Assembly: GCA_964291405.2 (NCBI GenBank) | Contig: OZ219926.1 | Coordinates: forward strand, 1,568,001-1,632,000 | Length of the DNA: 64,000 nt | Source: Thermodesulfobacteriota bacterium | GTDB lineage: Bacteria; Desulfobacterota; Binatia; Bin18 | Reading direction: 5' to 3' | In this document: piece after piece, positions 20,056-29,885 of the stretch | How the letters are laid out: every line of letters begins with the position of its first letter | Position numbering within the stretch: position 1 is the first letter of the stretch | The notes under the pieces: generated by a model | The model's database searches: none | What the model saw: only the letters and a program-made list of their open reading frames with translations | Told to the model about the DNA's origin: nothing | Made by a program: the position numbers and the translations under genes

Positions 20056-21033
20056 CTACGCCTGACGGAATGCCGGCATCACTTCTTTGGCAAAGCGCCG
20101 GAAGGACGCCATATCGTAGTCGGGATACATCGACACAATGAAATACTGCACTCCAGCATCCGCATATGCCTGGACCGCTGCTCTGACAGCGTCAGGCGGC
20201 TGCTTGAGTTGCTCAAGGCTGAGCGATGTAGACTTCTGTATCTCGGCGGGGTCGCGGCCGACCTCTTTGCAGATGGCGTCAAATTTTACCGCGATCCTTC
20301 TGGCCGCTTCAGCTCCTCCTTTACGGACAAAGAAATGCCAGATGTCGGCATGTCGAGCGACCAGCGGCTGGACTACCTTGGGTCCCATTCCACCAATCAA
20401 AATCGGTGGATGGGGTTTCTGGAGCGGCTTAGGCTCAAATGGGGCATCTTTGACCTGATAGTATTTGCCCTCATACGTTGTCTTTTCCTGAGTGAATAGC
20501 ATCTTGATGAGTTCGACAGCTTCGACAAGCCGTCGTGCCCGCCCGCCCGGCGTGTAAAACGGGATGCCAAACGCGTCGTGTTCCAGTTTGAACCAGCCCG
20601 CGCCCATCCCCAGAATCAGGCGGCCGTCACTCACATGATCGACCGTTGCCGCCATTTTGGCGAGCAACGCCGGATTACGATACGTGTTGCCAGTGACGAG
20701 CAGGCCGGTTTTCAACCGCTTCGTCTGAGCGGCAAGGGCCGCGAGCAAGGTCCAGCCTTCTAAACACGGGCCGGCTGGATCGGAAAAGATCGGCAGAAAG
20801 TGATCAAAACCAAAAGCGCTATCATAACCGAGTTCATCAGCCTCCAGCCATATGTCCTGCACTTGGCTGTAGGGCACATGCTGCGGCGGGGTTTGCACTC
20901 CGAACCGGAGCCGACCAGTCGATTCCGCCGAAGCCTGTTGGGGCTGAGAAAGATTGCCGGCTAATGCGGCTGCGGTCACCACTGCGCCGGTATTCTTGAG
21001 AAAGGTCCGACGGGATATCTGCTCTTTCGCCAT
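20056..21033 (-). CDS. F420-dependent LLM oxidoreductase with Tat signal peptide
   Basis: N-terminal SRRTFLK plus hydrophobic stretch and ASA; DHFLPI, LVTGNTYRNPALLAKMAATVD and GRLILGMGAGW. Confidence 0.88.
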   Translation of the reverse strand: MAKEQISRRTFLKNTGAVVTAAALAGNLSQPQQASAESTGRLRFGVQTPPQHVPYSQVQDIWLEADELGYDSAFGFDHFLPIFSDPAGPCLEGWTLLAALAAQTKRLKTGLLVTGNTYRNPALLAKMAATVDHVSDGRLILGMGAGWFKLEHDAFGIPFYTPGGRARRLVEAVELIKMLFTQEKTTYEGKYYQVKDAPFEPKPLQKPHPPILIGGMGPKVVQPLVARHADIWHFFVRKGGAEAARRIAVKFDAICKEVGRDPAEIQKSTSLSLEQLKQPPDAVRAAVQAYADAGVQYFIVSMYPDYDMASFRRFAKEVMPAFRQA

Positions 21034-21076
21034 ACGGTATCCTCCACTTGGTATCATGGCCGCGTTGAACCGTCGG

Positions 21077-21964
21077 TCACGCCTTGGCCATCACGTCGTT
21101 GGCAAAGGCTTCCATCTGCGGATATAGGTCGGTCTGAAATTTTCGACGCGGTACCCAGCCTGGGGCAAACACGAACAGGCGGTGCACCCCGGCGTCTTCA
21201 AACTGTTTCACCGTATCCAATGTCGGCTGGACACCAGGCTCAAGCCCAACGGTAATCTCAAATTGGGAGAAATCCCGACCGGCCTGTTGGGTCAATTCCT
21301 TGAGTTGGCTCACATACGGTTGGACACTCTCGGGGGTATAGCGGATGCCGCACCAGCCGTCCGCCAACTCAGCCGCGCGCTTGAGGGCGGTCCGACTCTC
21401 CCCGCCAAAAACGAGCGGCGGGTAAGGGCTCTGAACCGGCTTGGGGTTAAACCCCACCGGCTTGAAATCGTGAAATTTCCCGGAAAACTGCGGGGTCTCT
21501 TCAGTCCACAAGGTCCGCATGACGCGCACTGCTTCTCGCGTCCGTGCGGCCCGGTCACGAAACGGCATGCCCACCGCCGCAAACTCTTCTTCACACCAGC
21601 CCACGCCAACCCCAAAGATCACCCGGCCCTGCGACAGGACATCCAGGCTGGCCACCGCCTTGGCCACCGCCAGTGTATTCCGCAGGGGAAGCACAAAGAC
21701 GCCGGTTCCGAGCTTAATCGTGGTGGTATGGGCCGCCACAAAGGACAGCGCCACAAATGGGTCATGCAAATTGACGCCCGGCCCGCCGGGAAATTTGCCG
21801 TCCGCAGAACCCGGATAGCGCGCCTGCATCTCAACCGGCACGGCCAAATGTTCGGGAATCCAGACCGATTCATAGCCGAGGGTTTCCGCTTGTTGGGCCA
21901 CTTGGGTCAAGGGCTCGGGCCGCACGGTTGACCCGCTCCCAACGCCGACTAACGCGAATTTCAT
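21077..21964 (-). CDS. F420-dependent LLM oxidoreductase (Rv2161c-like)
   Basis: WIPEHL, DPFVALSFVAAHT, GVGVGWCEEEF and GGESRTALKRAA. Confidence 0.88.
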   Translation of the reverse strand: MKFALVGVGSGSTVRPEPLTQVAQQAETLGYESVWIPEHLAVPVEMQARYPGSADGKFPGGPGVNLHDPFVALSFVAAHTTTIKLGTGVFVLPLRNTLAVAKAVASLDVLSQGRVIFGVGVGWCEEEFAAVGMPFRDRAARTREAVRVMRTLWTEETPQFSGKFHDFKPVGFNPKPVQSPYPPLVFGGESRTALKRAAELADGWCGIRYTPESVQPYVSQLKELTQQAGRDFSQFEITVGLEPGVQPTLDTVKQFEDAGVHRLFVFAPGWVPRRKFQTDLYPQMEAFANDVMAKA

Positions 21965-22003
21965 GTGTTTTTCCTTCCTCTTATCGTCACGCCCGGTCTG
22001 ACT

Positions 22004-22639
22004 TTAGCCGCCATGCGGCGTTCCGAAAATCCGATCACCCGCATCGCCAAGGCCGGGGACGATATAGCCGATGTCGTTGAGGCGGTCGTCAACGGCGGCC
22101 GTATACACGTCAACGTCCGGGTGGGTTGACGCCAGGCGGGTCAGCCCTTCCGGGACCGCCACCAGGCAAATCGCTCGTATGGACCGACAGCCGGCTCTTT
22201 TTAATATGTCAACCGTCGCGCTACAGGTGCCGCCGGTCCCCAACATCGGGTCAATAATCAGCGCGGTCCGCTCGGGCAGGCGGTCAACCAGTTTTTCAAA
22301 ATAGGGTACGGGATCCAGGGTTTCTTCGTTCCGATACAGCCCGACCAGACTGACCTCGATATGCGGCAGAATCTGAAGCACGCCGGGTAAAAGGCCCAAT
22401 CCGGCCCGGACGATCGGGACAACCGTCAACAGGTCCACTCTGAGATGATCCGCCTCAACCGCTCCGGCCCAACCCTGGATCGTTTTCCTTTCAGTCGCCA
22501 AGTCATGTAACGCTTCATAGGTGAGCAGCGTCGCCAGCTCTGCGCTCAATTCGCGAAAGAGCTTGGGCCCGGTTTCAGCCTCTCGGAGCAAATCGATTTT
22601 ATGCCGCACCAAAGGATGGCGTATCTCATGTACTGACAT
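22004..22639 (-). CDS. upp: Uracil phosphoribosyltransferase
   Basis: [24 protein letters not shown] and [16 protein letters not shown]. Confidence 0.95.
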   Translation of the reverse strand: MSVHEIRHPLVRHKIDLLREAETGPKLFRELSAELATLLTYEALHDLATERKTIQGWAGAVEADHLRVDLLTVVPIVRAGLGLLPGVLQILPHIEVSLVGLYRNEETLDPVPYFEKLVDRLPERTALIIDPMLGTGGTCSATVDILKRAGCRSIRAICLVAVPEGLTRLASTHPDVDVYTAAVDDRLNDIGYIVPGLGDAGDRIFGTPHGG

Positions 22640-22648
22640 CGTTCGCTC

Positions 22649-23842
22649 CTAAGACTGCTCAGCCATACATAATTTTTCAATCACGGATAGAATCCGGCCC
22701 GGCCCGTTTTCGAAGGTCTCCCGCCGGATGCTCTCATTGGGCTGATGGGCCTGGTCAAGATCGCCGGGCCCGCAGATCAGAGACGCGATACCGCCTGAGG
22801 CAAACTGACAACCGTCGGTCGCAAACGGCGCCCCGCCGCTGGTCTGTTGGCCGGCCACCTCAAATAATGCGCCTTCGAGGGGGGTTTCCCGAGGTGAAAA
22901 CAACGGCGGCACCACGAGCGGCTTCGAGAATTCGACACTGGCCTGATGGGAGGAGCCACTGAAATCGATCAGGTCAAGGGCTCGGATCCGACGGGTAATC
23001 TCGTGCAGGCAGTCGAGCGGATCGGCCTTGGGCAGGGGCCGGTAGCTGACTTGAATCGTACACTGCTCGGCAATCATATTACCCGCGGTCCCACCGCGAA
23101 CCAATCCGAAGTTCAGCGTCGGATAGGGTGATTCCGGGAACAGCTCGGCAAATTCGGCAGACGGGGCGGCGCGTAATTCGGCCTGATATTGGCCAATTAT
23201 GTTTATGACCTTTGCGGCAACCGCAATCGCGTTCACGCCCGTCTCAGGCGTACTGCTGTGGCCGCCCATGCCGCGGACGCTAATCGAGAAAACCGCCACC
23301 CCCTTATGGGTATGAAAGACTTTGTACGAGGTCGGCTCACCGATCCAGGCCAGGCGAGGCCGAGGGATATCGCCCAACAGGTCAGACAACTCGGGCACGA
23401 GGCGTTCCGCGCCCAGACAGCCCACTTCCTCATCCGCGGTAAACAGAAAGACGACCGGTCGTGTGAGCCGCTTGAGGTCGAGAGCTGCCGCGGCGTCCAC
23501 ACACTGCGCCAAAAAGATTTTCATATCCGAGGTGCCGCGTCCGTAGACGCGATCATCCTCCACGCCAAGGGTCAGCGGATCGCGTGTCCAACCGGGCTGA
23601 TCGAGAAACGGGACCGTATCCACATGGCCGGAGAGGATCAGGCCGTCCGGCTCGGGCGGGCCGGCAAACGCAATCAGATTGGCTTTGGGCACCCCGGCGA
23701 CCTCTGCGCGCTGCAGGGCAACGTCGAAGCCATGCTCCTCCAAATGATTGCCAAGATAGGCCATGGCTTCTACATTACTCTTTTGACTCACGGTGTCATA
23801 ACCAACCAAACGGCCGGCAATTTCTTGCAGATAGTCACCCAT
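22649..23842 (-). CDS. argE: Acetylornithine deacetylase-like M20 enzyme
   Basis: LSGHVDTVP, YGRGTSDMK, ADEEVGCLGA, IGEPT and AHQPNE. Confidence 0.8.
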   Translation of the reverse strand: MGDYLQEIAGRLVGYDTVSQKSNVEAMAYLGNHLEEHGFDVALQRAEVAGVPKANLIAFAGPPEPDGLILSGHVDTVPFLDQPGWTRDPLTLGVEDDRVYGRGTSDMKIFLAQCVDAAAALDLKRLTRPVVFLFTADEEVGCLGAERLVPELSDLLGDIPRPRLAWIGEPTSYKVFHTHKGVAVFSISVRGMGGHSSTPETGVNAIAVAAKVINIIGQYQAELRAAPSAEFAELFPESPYPTLNFGLVRGGTAGNMIAEQCTIQVSYRPLPKADPLDCLHEITRRIRALDLIDFSGSSHQASVEFSKPLVVPPLFSPRETPLEGALFEVAGQQTSGGAPFATDGCQFASGGIASLICGPGDLDQAHQPNESIRRETFENGPGRILSVIEKLCMAEQS

Positions 23843-23944
23843 AGCGTTCTGGCCCCTTCCAGTTTAATGCAGGTAACATCATACTAGAAAAATCGGGACG
23901 ACCCGTACAGTCCTGTGAATTGAGCAATAGCGATCGGAAACGCC

Positions 23945-24676
23945 ATGATCAAACTCAGCGTCAACGTCAATAAAATCGCTACTCTGCGCAACGCCCGGGG
24001 CGGCGACCAGCCGAATGTCGTCCGGGCCGCCCAAACCTGCATCGATGCCGGTTGTCACGGCATCACCGTGCATCCACGCCCGGACGGTCGCCATATTCGC
24101 TATCAGGACGTGAGAGATCTGGCCGCCCTGCTCGCAGACCACAGCGGTATTGAATTCAATATCGAGGGCTATCCTTCGACTGAGTTTCTGGACCTGGTCT
24201 GCCAAGTGCGACCGATCCAGTGCACCCTGGTGCCCGACCCGCCGGACGTACTGACCTCAAACGCCGGCTGGGACCTCAGCAGCGATGTTGCCGGGCTCGG
24301 TCAGGTCTTGCAGCGTTTACACGACAACAGCATACGGACCAGTCTTTTTCTCGATCCGGATAACGACCAAGTCAGACGCGCAAAAGAGGTCGGCACGGAC
24401 CGGATTGAACTCTATACGGAACGCTACGCCCGTCTCTTTGGCAGCGCCGAGCAAGACCAAGTCTATGCCGCGTATCACACCGCGGCCCAAACGGCGCAAG
24501 AAGCCGGCCTGGGTCTGAATGCGGGGCACGATCTTAATCTGGAGAACCTGCCTTACTTTGCAGAGCATTTACCCGGTCTGCTCGAAGTGTCCATCGGCCA
24601 CGCCCTGATTTGCGACGCGCTCTACATGGGGCTGGTAGCAAGCGTGAAAGCCTACCTGAACGCGCTTGGGGATTAA
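23945..24676 (+). CDS. pdxJ: Pyridoxine 5'-phosphate synthase
   Basis: LSVNVNKIATLRNAR, HPRPDGRHIR, NAGHDL and EVSIGHALI. Confidence 0.96.
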   Translation: MIKLSVNVNKIATLRNARGGDQPNVVRAAQTCIDAGCHGITVHPRPDGRHIRYQDVRDLAALLADHSGIEFNIEGYPSTEFLDLVCQVRPIQCTLVPDPPDVLTSNAGWDLSSDVAGLGQVLQRLHDNSIRTSLFLDPDNDQVRRAKEVGTDRIELYTERYARLFGSAEQDQVYAAYHTAAQTAQEAGLGLNAGHDLNLENLPYFAEHLPGLLEVSIGHALICDALYMGLVASVKAYLNALGD

Positions 24677-24718
24677 GGCGGAGTCCTAAGTTGCCTTTCC
24701 TCCCAACACCCAACAAGA

Positions 24719-24758
24719 TTGACGCGCCATGAGGACGGTAATAGATTGTCCTCATGGC
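24719..24758 (+). promoter_or_regulatory. Sigma70-type promoter with 11-bp inverted-repeat operator (probable leaderless vapB transcript)
   Basis: TTGACG (24719-24724), 17-nt spacer, TAGATT (24742-24747); IR GCCATGAGGAC / GTCCTCATGGC (24726-24758) covers the -10 box and the ATG. Confidence 0.7.
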
Positions 24759-25038
24759 TGCACAGACCATCAAATCGACGTATTCGCTGGATGTCGAATC
24801 CGTAAACACATTAGAGGCGTTGGCACAACGCTGGAAGGTGTCGAAGTCCGAAGTGCTACGGCGTGCTATTCGGAGAGTCGCGATGGAGTGGGAGCCGGAG
24901 AGTAGTACGGCGCTCAGCGCTCTCGACCAATTGCAGGCTTCTCTACGTAAGCGTAAGGTCAATGTCACACAGTGGGCACGGACTCTCAATGCTGAGCGCC
25001 AAGCGGCTGCTCCGCGGCTATCTTCCAAGTCTCAATGA
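24754..25038 (+). CDS. vapB: Ribbon-helix-helix (CopG-like) antitoxin
   Basis: IKSTYSLD...LEALAQRWKVSKSEVLRRAI; ATGA overlap with the PIN gene. Confidence 0.8.
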   Translation: MAAQTIKSTYSLDVESVNTLEALAQRWKVSKSEVLRRAIRRVAMEWEPESSTALSALDQLQASLRKRKVNVTQWARTLNAERQAAAPRLSSKSQ

Positions 25039-25406
25039 TCCACTTGGACACGAGCTTTCTGATCCAAGCTCTGAAACCGGGATCCCCTGAAGATCGCAAA
25101 CTGCGAATCTGGATTGAAGAGGGCGAAACCCTGGTAATGAGTACAGTCGCCTGGTCAGAGTTCCTGTGCGGCCCACTTGACCTCTCCGAGATGGAATTGG
25201 CCACTGAAATCGTCGGACAGCGCCGAGACTTCACGCCGGAGCACGCTACGATTGCCGCCCATTTATTTAATGAGTCGGGCAGGCGGCGGGGCTCATTGAT
25301 TGACTGCATGATTGCCGCAACGGCGCTCGTCGATGGTGCACCCATTGCGACTGCGAATGTAGCGGACTTTCGCCGATTTGAGGATTCCGGCCTGACGATG
25401 GCATAA
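25035..25406 (+). CDS. vapC: PIN-domain toxin
   Basis: IHLDTSFLI, E in helix 2, DCMIAATA and TANVADF acidic tetrad. Confidence 0.88.
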   Translation: MIHLDTSFLIQALKPGSPEDRKLRIWIEEGETLVMSTVAWSEFLCGPLDLSEMELATEIVGQRRDFTPEHATIAAHLFNESGRRRGSLIDCMIAATALVDGAPIATANVADFRRFEDSGLTMA

Positions 25407-25419
25407 GGGAAAATCTACG

Positions 25420-25461
25420 ATACCAGCCACTCTAAGCATTGACGACGACCTGCTCATCTGA
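25420..25461 (+). pseudogene. Possible remnant of a second VapB-like antitoxin N-terminus
   Basis: (ATA)-P-A-T-L-S-I-D-D-D-L-L-I-stop resembles the common MRTTLxIDDDLL antitoxin start; very short. Confidence 0.4.
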
Positions 25462-25519
25462 GGCTGACCAAGAGCCGAGTAAATGGCTTTCCTAAGAGTC
25501 CAATTCTTTACCGCTGGAT

Positions 25520-27256
25520 ATGAGTCAAGAAACAAGTAGGCCCCAAATCCCGGCCGATGACTTCGCCCGACGCTTTTCGTTACGGGCTAGGAATCTCATG
25601 TGGTTTCTTGGTGCCGGCGCATCGGCCTCTGCCGGCCTCCCGACTGCTATGGACATGATTTGGGAATTCAAACAAATTCTATTCGCCAGCCAGAATCGCA
25701 GTTGGAGCCAAACATCCGTAGACCTTTTCCAGCCAGGTGTACGCCATCGTATTGACGCTCATATCGAATCCCTGGGAAGTATGCCGTCACCCGGCGCACC
25801 GGATGAATACGCCGCGCTGTTTGAAGCGGCGTATCCGGCAGAGTCGGACCGTCGTGCATTCCTAGATGGGAAACTGACAGGCGCTAAGCCATCATACGGC
25901 CACATAGCACTCGCGACGCTGATGCGCCACGAGCAAACGCGCATAGTGTGGACCACGAACTTCGACGCTCTGGTCGCAGATGCCTGCGCCAAGGTATACG
26001 ACACGACAAGCACACTGACTACTATAGATCTTGACTCGACGGACCAAGTTCAGCAGTCACTAGCCGACGAACGCTGGCCCATAGAAGTCAAGCTCCACGG
26101 CGACTTCCGTTCTCGTCGCCTGAAAAATACAGACGATGAACTGCGTCAGCAAGATGCCCATTTGAGGAGTGCACTGGTCGAATCATGTAAGCGTTTTGGT
26201 CTTGTCGTATGCGGATACAGCGGACGTGACGATTCCATCATGGACGCACTTGAGGAGGCGATGGAGCACGAGGGAGCCTTCCCTGTCGGGTTTTTCTGGT
26301 TACACCGAGGGGAAGACTCACCACTACCGCGCGTCGTGCGACTGTTGGAGCGTGGTATCGCTAACAACATTGAAGCAGCATTGGTGCCTATCGAGAACTT
26401 CGACGAGACCCTGCGTGACTTAGTTCGCCTCACTAAAGATATCGACGAGACCGCGCTCAACCAGTTCGCGTCGCAACGCCGGCCTTGGAGCCCAGTGCCC
26501 CTTCAGAGGACTGTTCGCCGCGGTTGGCCCGTCGTACGGTTCAACGCCTTGCCTGTCATCAATGCACCGACTCAGTGCCGCCGGCTAGTTTGCGATATCG
26601 GTGGCACAGCCGAAGTACGTGAAGCCATACAGAAATCCAGCGCGGACGTTCTTGCTGTTCGTTCTCAAGTTGGCGTATTGGCCTTTGGGGCAGACTCTGA
26701 CTTGCGAAATGTTTTCGACTCCTATGGCGTCACTGAATTCGACCTTCACGCATTCGACGTTAAGCGTCAAAGATATGAATCTACGGAACGCGGACTCTTA
26801 GGCGAAGCCCTCAATCGCGCGATTAGTCGACACGGTGGTCTGAACATCATAGGTCACCGACGCTTCGTGCCCGCAGACCCGAAAGATGCAATCTGGAGCC
26901 ACTTGCGGGACTTGGTTGGGATACTGACAGGCGTCGTCAACGGTAACCCCGATCTCCAGTGGTGGGAAGGCATCACCGCTCGATTGGATTGGGCCAATGA
27001 CCGCCTTTGGCTACTCATCGAACCCTGTACGGTATTTGAAGGCATTACCGACGCCAACAAGGGAGCGGCGACCGATTTTGCCCGTGAGCGGACTATCGGA
27101 CGATATAATCATGTGCTCAACGATCTGATCGACTTCTGGGCACGTCACTTATCTCAAGATGAACAGGAGATATGTGCATTAAACACAGGATATGGTGTCG
27201 ACGCTGTTTTTCAAATCTCACCGGTTACCTGTTTCTCCACTAGGATAGTGTCGTGA
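25520..27256 (+). CDS. SIR2-APAZ NADase effector of a short Argonaute system
   Basis: SIR2 motifs WFLGAGASASAGLPT, WTTNFD, KLHGDF and GYSGRD; about 280-aa C-terminal region (VRFNALP...) consistent with APAZ; overlaps the pAgo start by 4 nt. Confidence 0.9.
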   Translation: MSQETSRPQIPADDFARRFSLRARNLMWFLGAGASASAGLPTAMDMIWEFKQILFASQNRSWSQTSVDLFQPGVRHRIDAHIESLGSMPSPGAPDEYAALFEAAYPAESDRRAFLDGKLTGAKPSYGHIALATLMRHEQTRIVWTTNFDALVADACAKVYDTTSTLTTIDLDSTDQVQQSLADERWPIEVKLHGDFRSRRLKNTDDELRQQDAHLRSALVESCKRFGLVVCGYSGRDDSIMDALEEAMEHEGAFPVGFFWLHRGEDSPLPRVVRLLERGIANNIEAALVPIENFDETLRDLVRLTKDIDETALNQFASQRRPWSPVPLQRTVRRGWPVVRFNALPVINAPTQCRRLVCDIGGTAEVREAIQKSSADVLAVRSQVGVLAFGADSDLRNVFDSYGVTEFDLHAFDVKRQRYESTERGLLGEALNRAISRHGGLNIIGHRRFVPADPKDAIWSHLRDLVGILTGVVNGNPDLQWWEGITARLDWANDRLWLLIEPCTVFEGITDANKGAATDFARERTIGRYNHVLNDLIDFWARHLSQDEQEICALNTGYGVDAVFQISPVTCFSTRIVS

Positions 27257-28671
27257 CCTCCCAGATCTCCTCTCATATATGGCTCCCAGAGCCCATGTTG
27301 GCTTTTCATCCCAACCGCTCCTCGGACCGAGAGCGACATCCGCTACGCGGGTTACTGGAATACGGGCCATATTCAGCAGGATTCGTTCCCGACCCCATCC
27401 GTGTAGCCACCCTTGCACCACACGGCGAGAGTCAGCGCCTCTATGACTTCATGAGAAACCTGAACTCGGCTTTCAATCCAAGAGAGCGCAGGGATTATCT
27501 CCCTCGATGGCCGGGTTTCCAACGTGTCTTCGGTTTGCATATGAGCGCCGCCGGTAAAGGTTGCCACGAGGAGGTCGACCATCAGCTTGATACAAACTTA
27601 CAAAAATCTCCTCAGCCGCACGTTACGATTGCGGAATACTTAGTGAGAGCCATTCAGCGTCTTGAAGCGCGTCGAAGCGACTTTGACGTTCTATTTGTCT
27701 ACATTCCCATACGGTGGGAGTCTGGTTTTGTTGGCGGACCCAACGACGACTTCGACCTGCATGATCATTTGAAGGCATATACGGCTGCTCGGGGAGTGCC
27801 TATCCAATTAGTGCGAGAAGACAGTGCTATCGCCTATCACTGCAAAGCCAGCGTCATGTGGCGCATCGGATTAGCGCTGTATGCCAAAGCAGGTGGAGTC
27901 CCGTGGAAACTAGCCGAGGCTGATCCAGAAACGGCCTATATCGGCATCTCCTATGCCGTACGTCCCGCCGACTCGGACAGACCACGCTTCGTAACGTGTT
28001 GTAGCCAAGTGTTCGATGCAGATGGGGCAGGCCTCGAATTCGTGGCTTACGACACTCAAGAAATCGAAATGCAGCGCGATAACCCCTTCCTCTCCCGAAC
28101 CGAGATGTTCCGTGTGATGACACGATCAATGGATCTGTATCGTCGTCGTCATGCCGGTCGGTCGCCACGTCGCGTGATGGTTCACAAGACCACGGAATTC
28201 AAACCTGATGAAGTTGACGGTTGTATGGAAGCCCTGCACCTATGCGAAGCCGTTGACCTTGTCCAAGTTGTCGAAAATGTCGGCTGGCGAGGCGTCCGCA
28301 TAGACCAGAACCCGAACGACAGGAAGGGGAGACCGGCCAATTTCCCGGTTCCGCGTGGAACCGTTGTTGGGCTTGGACCCCGGGAGGCTTTGCTGTGGAC
28401 TCATGGTGACGTGAAGGGTGTCGCGCGACGTTCCTTCTTTCAAGGCAGCCGCAGTACGCCTCGCCCCATTCGCCTCGTCCGCCATGCTGGCCACGGCACC
28501 TGGGATGATACAGCCCGCGCCATACTCGGGCTTTCCAAGATGAACTGGAATAACGACTCGCTCTATGACCCTCTGCCGGTCACCCTGGCTTACGCGAAGG
28601 TATTGGCGAGAGTTGTCAAACGCATACCGAACCTAGGAGCTACGCCGTACCAATTCCGATTCTTCATGTAG
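27253..28671 (+). CDS. Short prokaryotic Argonaute (MID-PIWI*, catalytically inactive)
   Basis: LPEPMLAF, HPLRGLLEYGPYS, HDHLKA..PIQ, LYAKAGGVPWKL, GLSKMNWN..PVTLAYA and terminal YQFRFFM; YIGISY replaces the catalytic GxD. Confidence 0.93.
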   Translation: MTSQISSHIWLPEPMLAFHPNRSSDRERHPLRGLLEYGPYSAGFVPDPIRVATLAPHGESQRLYDFMRNLNSAFNPRERRDYLPRWPGFQRVFGLHMSAAGKGCHEEVDHQLDTNLQKSPQPHVTIAEYLVRAIQRLEARRSDFDVLFVYIPIRWESGFVGGPNDDFDLHDHLKAYTAARGVPIQLVREDSAIAYHCKASVMWRIGLALYAKAGGVPWKLAEADPETAYIGISYAVRPADSDRPRFVTCCSQVFDADGAGLEFVAYDTQEIEMQRDNPFLSRTEMFRVMTRSMDLYRRRHAGRSPRRVMVHKTTEFKPDEVDGCMEALHLCEAVDLVQVVENVGWRGVRIDQNPNDRKGRPANFPVPRGTVVGLGPREALLWTHGDVKGVARRSFFQGSRSTPRPIRLVRHAGHGTWDDTARAILGLSKMNWNNDSLYDPLPVTLAYAKVLARVVKRIPNLGATPYQFRFFM

Positions 28672-28813
28672 GTCGAAAGTAATTGGGATCATGAAACTCC
28701 ACCTTTGAGCTTAGCCTTGACTTCCGACTCCAGGTGATTGAAGCATGGATTGATCGACTGCAACGTGCGACATCATAGGCAATGATGGACACACCTATAA
28801 AGGAGGACTCGAC

Positions 28814-29821
28814 ATGCCAGAGCATAAGACTTTTTCGTTAGGGGATTTTTCGCTCGAATGTGGCCTCATTCTGCGCAAGGCACAGCTCGCCTATCAGGTC
28901 TATGGCGAACTCAACAGCCGCAAAGATAACGCCATCCTGCTGTGCTCGTGGTATTCCGGCGATCATACCGGCTATGAGTTTTTGATCCGGGAAGGCAAGT
29001 GTTTCGACCCAACCAAATATTGTGTGATCGGCGTCAATATGTTCACCAACGGGCTGTCTTCCTCTCCCAGCACGACACCCATTCCCATGAATGGCCCGCA
29101 TTTTCCGGCAACGACTATCCGCGACAATGTACGGGCACAGCACGCGCTTGTTCAGAGCCTTGGCATTGAGTCACTCGCCCTGGTCTCCGGCTACTCGATG
29201 GGCGCGCAGCAGTGCTTTCAGTGGGCGGTCAGTCATCCGGATATGGTCGAGCGGATTGCACCGTGGTGCGGTGCGGCGCGGACCACTCCGCATACCCATG
29301 TCTTTATCGAAGGCTTTACTTCCGCGCTCCGTGCGGACGCGGCCTGGAACCACGGCCATTACGCCCAACCGCCAGCCACGGGTGTGCGCGCCATGGCCCG
29401 GGTGTATGCCGGCTGGGGTCTGTCGCAGGCCTGGTATCGCGAAGAGCTGTACAAGCAGCTCGGCCATCCGAGCGTCGAAGATTTCCTGGTCTATTTTTGG
29501 GAGAACTTTTTTCTCCAGTGTGACGCGAATAATCTGCTGGCCCAGGCAAAGACGTGGCAGGATCATAATGTCGGTGACTCGCCGGGATTTGACGGAGACT
29601 GGCGAAAGGCGCTGGCCACAGTTTCTGCCAAGGCCATGATTATGCCGGGTCATACCGATCTCTACTTTCCACCGGAAGACAGCCAAGCGGAGACAGACTG
29701 CATGCCGAACGCCGTGTATCGACCGATCCCGTCGATTTGGGGACATTTGGCGGGAATTGGTATGAATCCGGAGGATAACGATTTTATTGACGCGGCGGTT
29801 CAGGAGTGTTTGGCGTCGTAG
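28814..29821 (+). CDS. Homoserine O-acetyltransferase-like alpha/beta hydrolase
   Basis: LAYQVYGELN, GYSMG nucleophile elbow, TDLYFPP and SIWGH. Confidence 0.85.
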   Translation: MPEHKTFSLGDFSLECGLILRKAQLAYQVYGELNSRKDNAILLCSWYSGDHTGYEFLIREGKCFDPTKYCVIGVNMFTNGLSSSPSTTPIPMNGPHFPATTIRDNVRAQHALVQSLGIESLALVSGYSMGAQQCFQWAVSHPDMVERIAPWCGAARTTPHTHVFIEGFTSALRADAAWNHGHYAQPPATGVRAMARVYAGWGLSQAWYREELYKQLGHPSVEDFLVYFWENFFLQCDANNLLAQAKTWQDHNVGDSPGFDGDWRKALATVSAKAMIMPGHTDLYFPPEDSQAETDCMPNAVYRPIPSIWGHLAGIGMNPEDNDFIDAAVQECLAS

Positions 29822-29847
29822 GACGGGCCTTATCGTCCGCTGTCAAG

Positions 29848-29880
29848 GAAAAGCCAGCCGACGTGGTTGGCTGGCTTTTC
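29848..29880. terminator. Bidirectional terminator between convergent genes
   Basis: GAAAAGCCAGCCGAC-GTG-GTTGGCTGGCTTTTC. Confidence 0.75.
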
Positions 29881-29885
29881 GAGGA

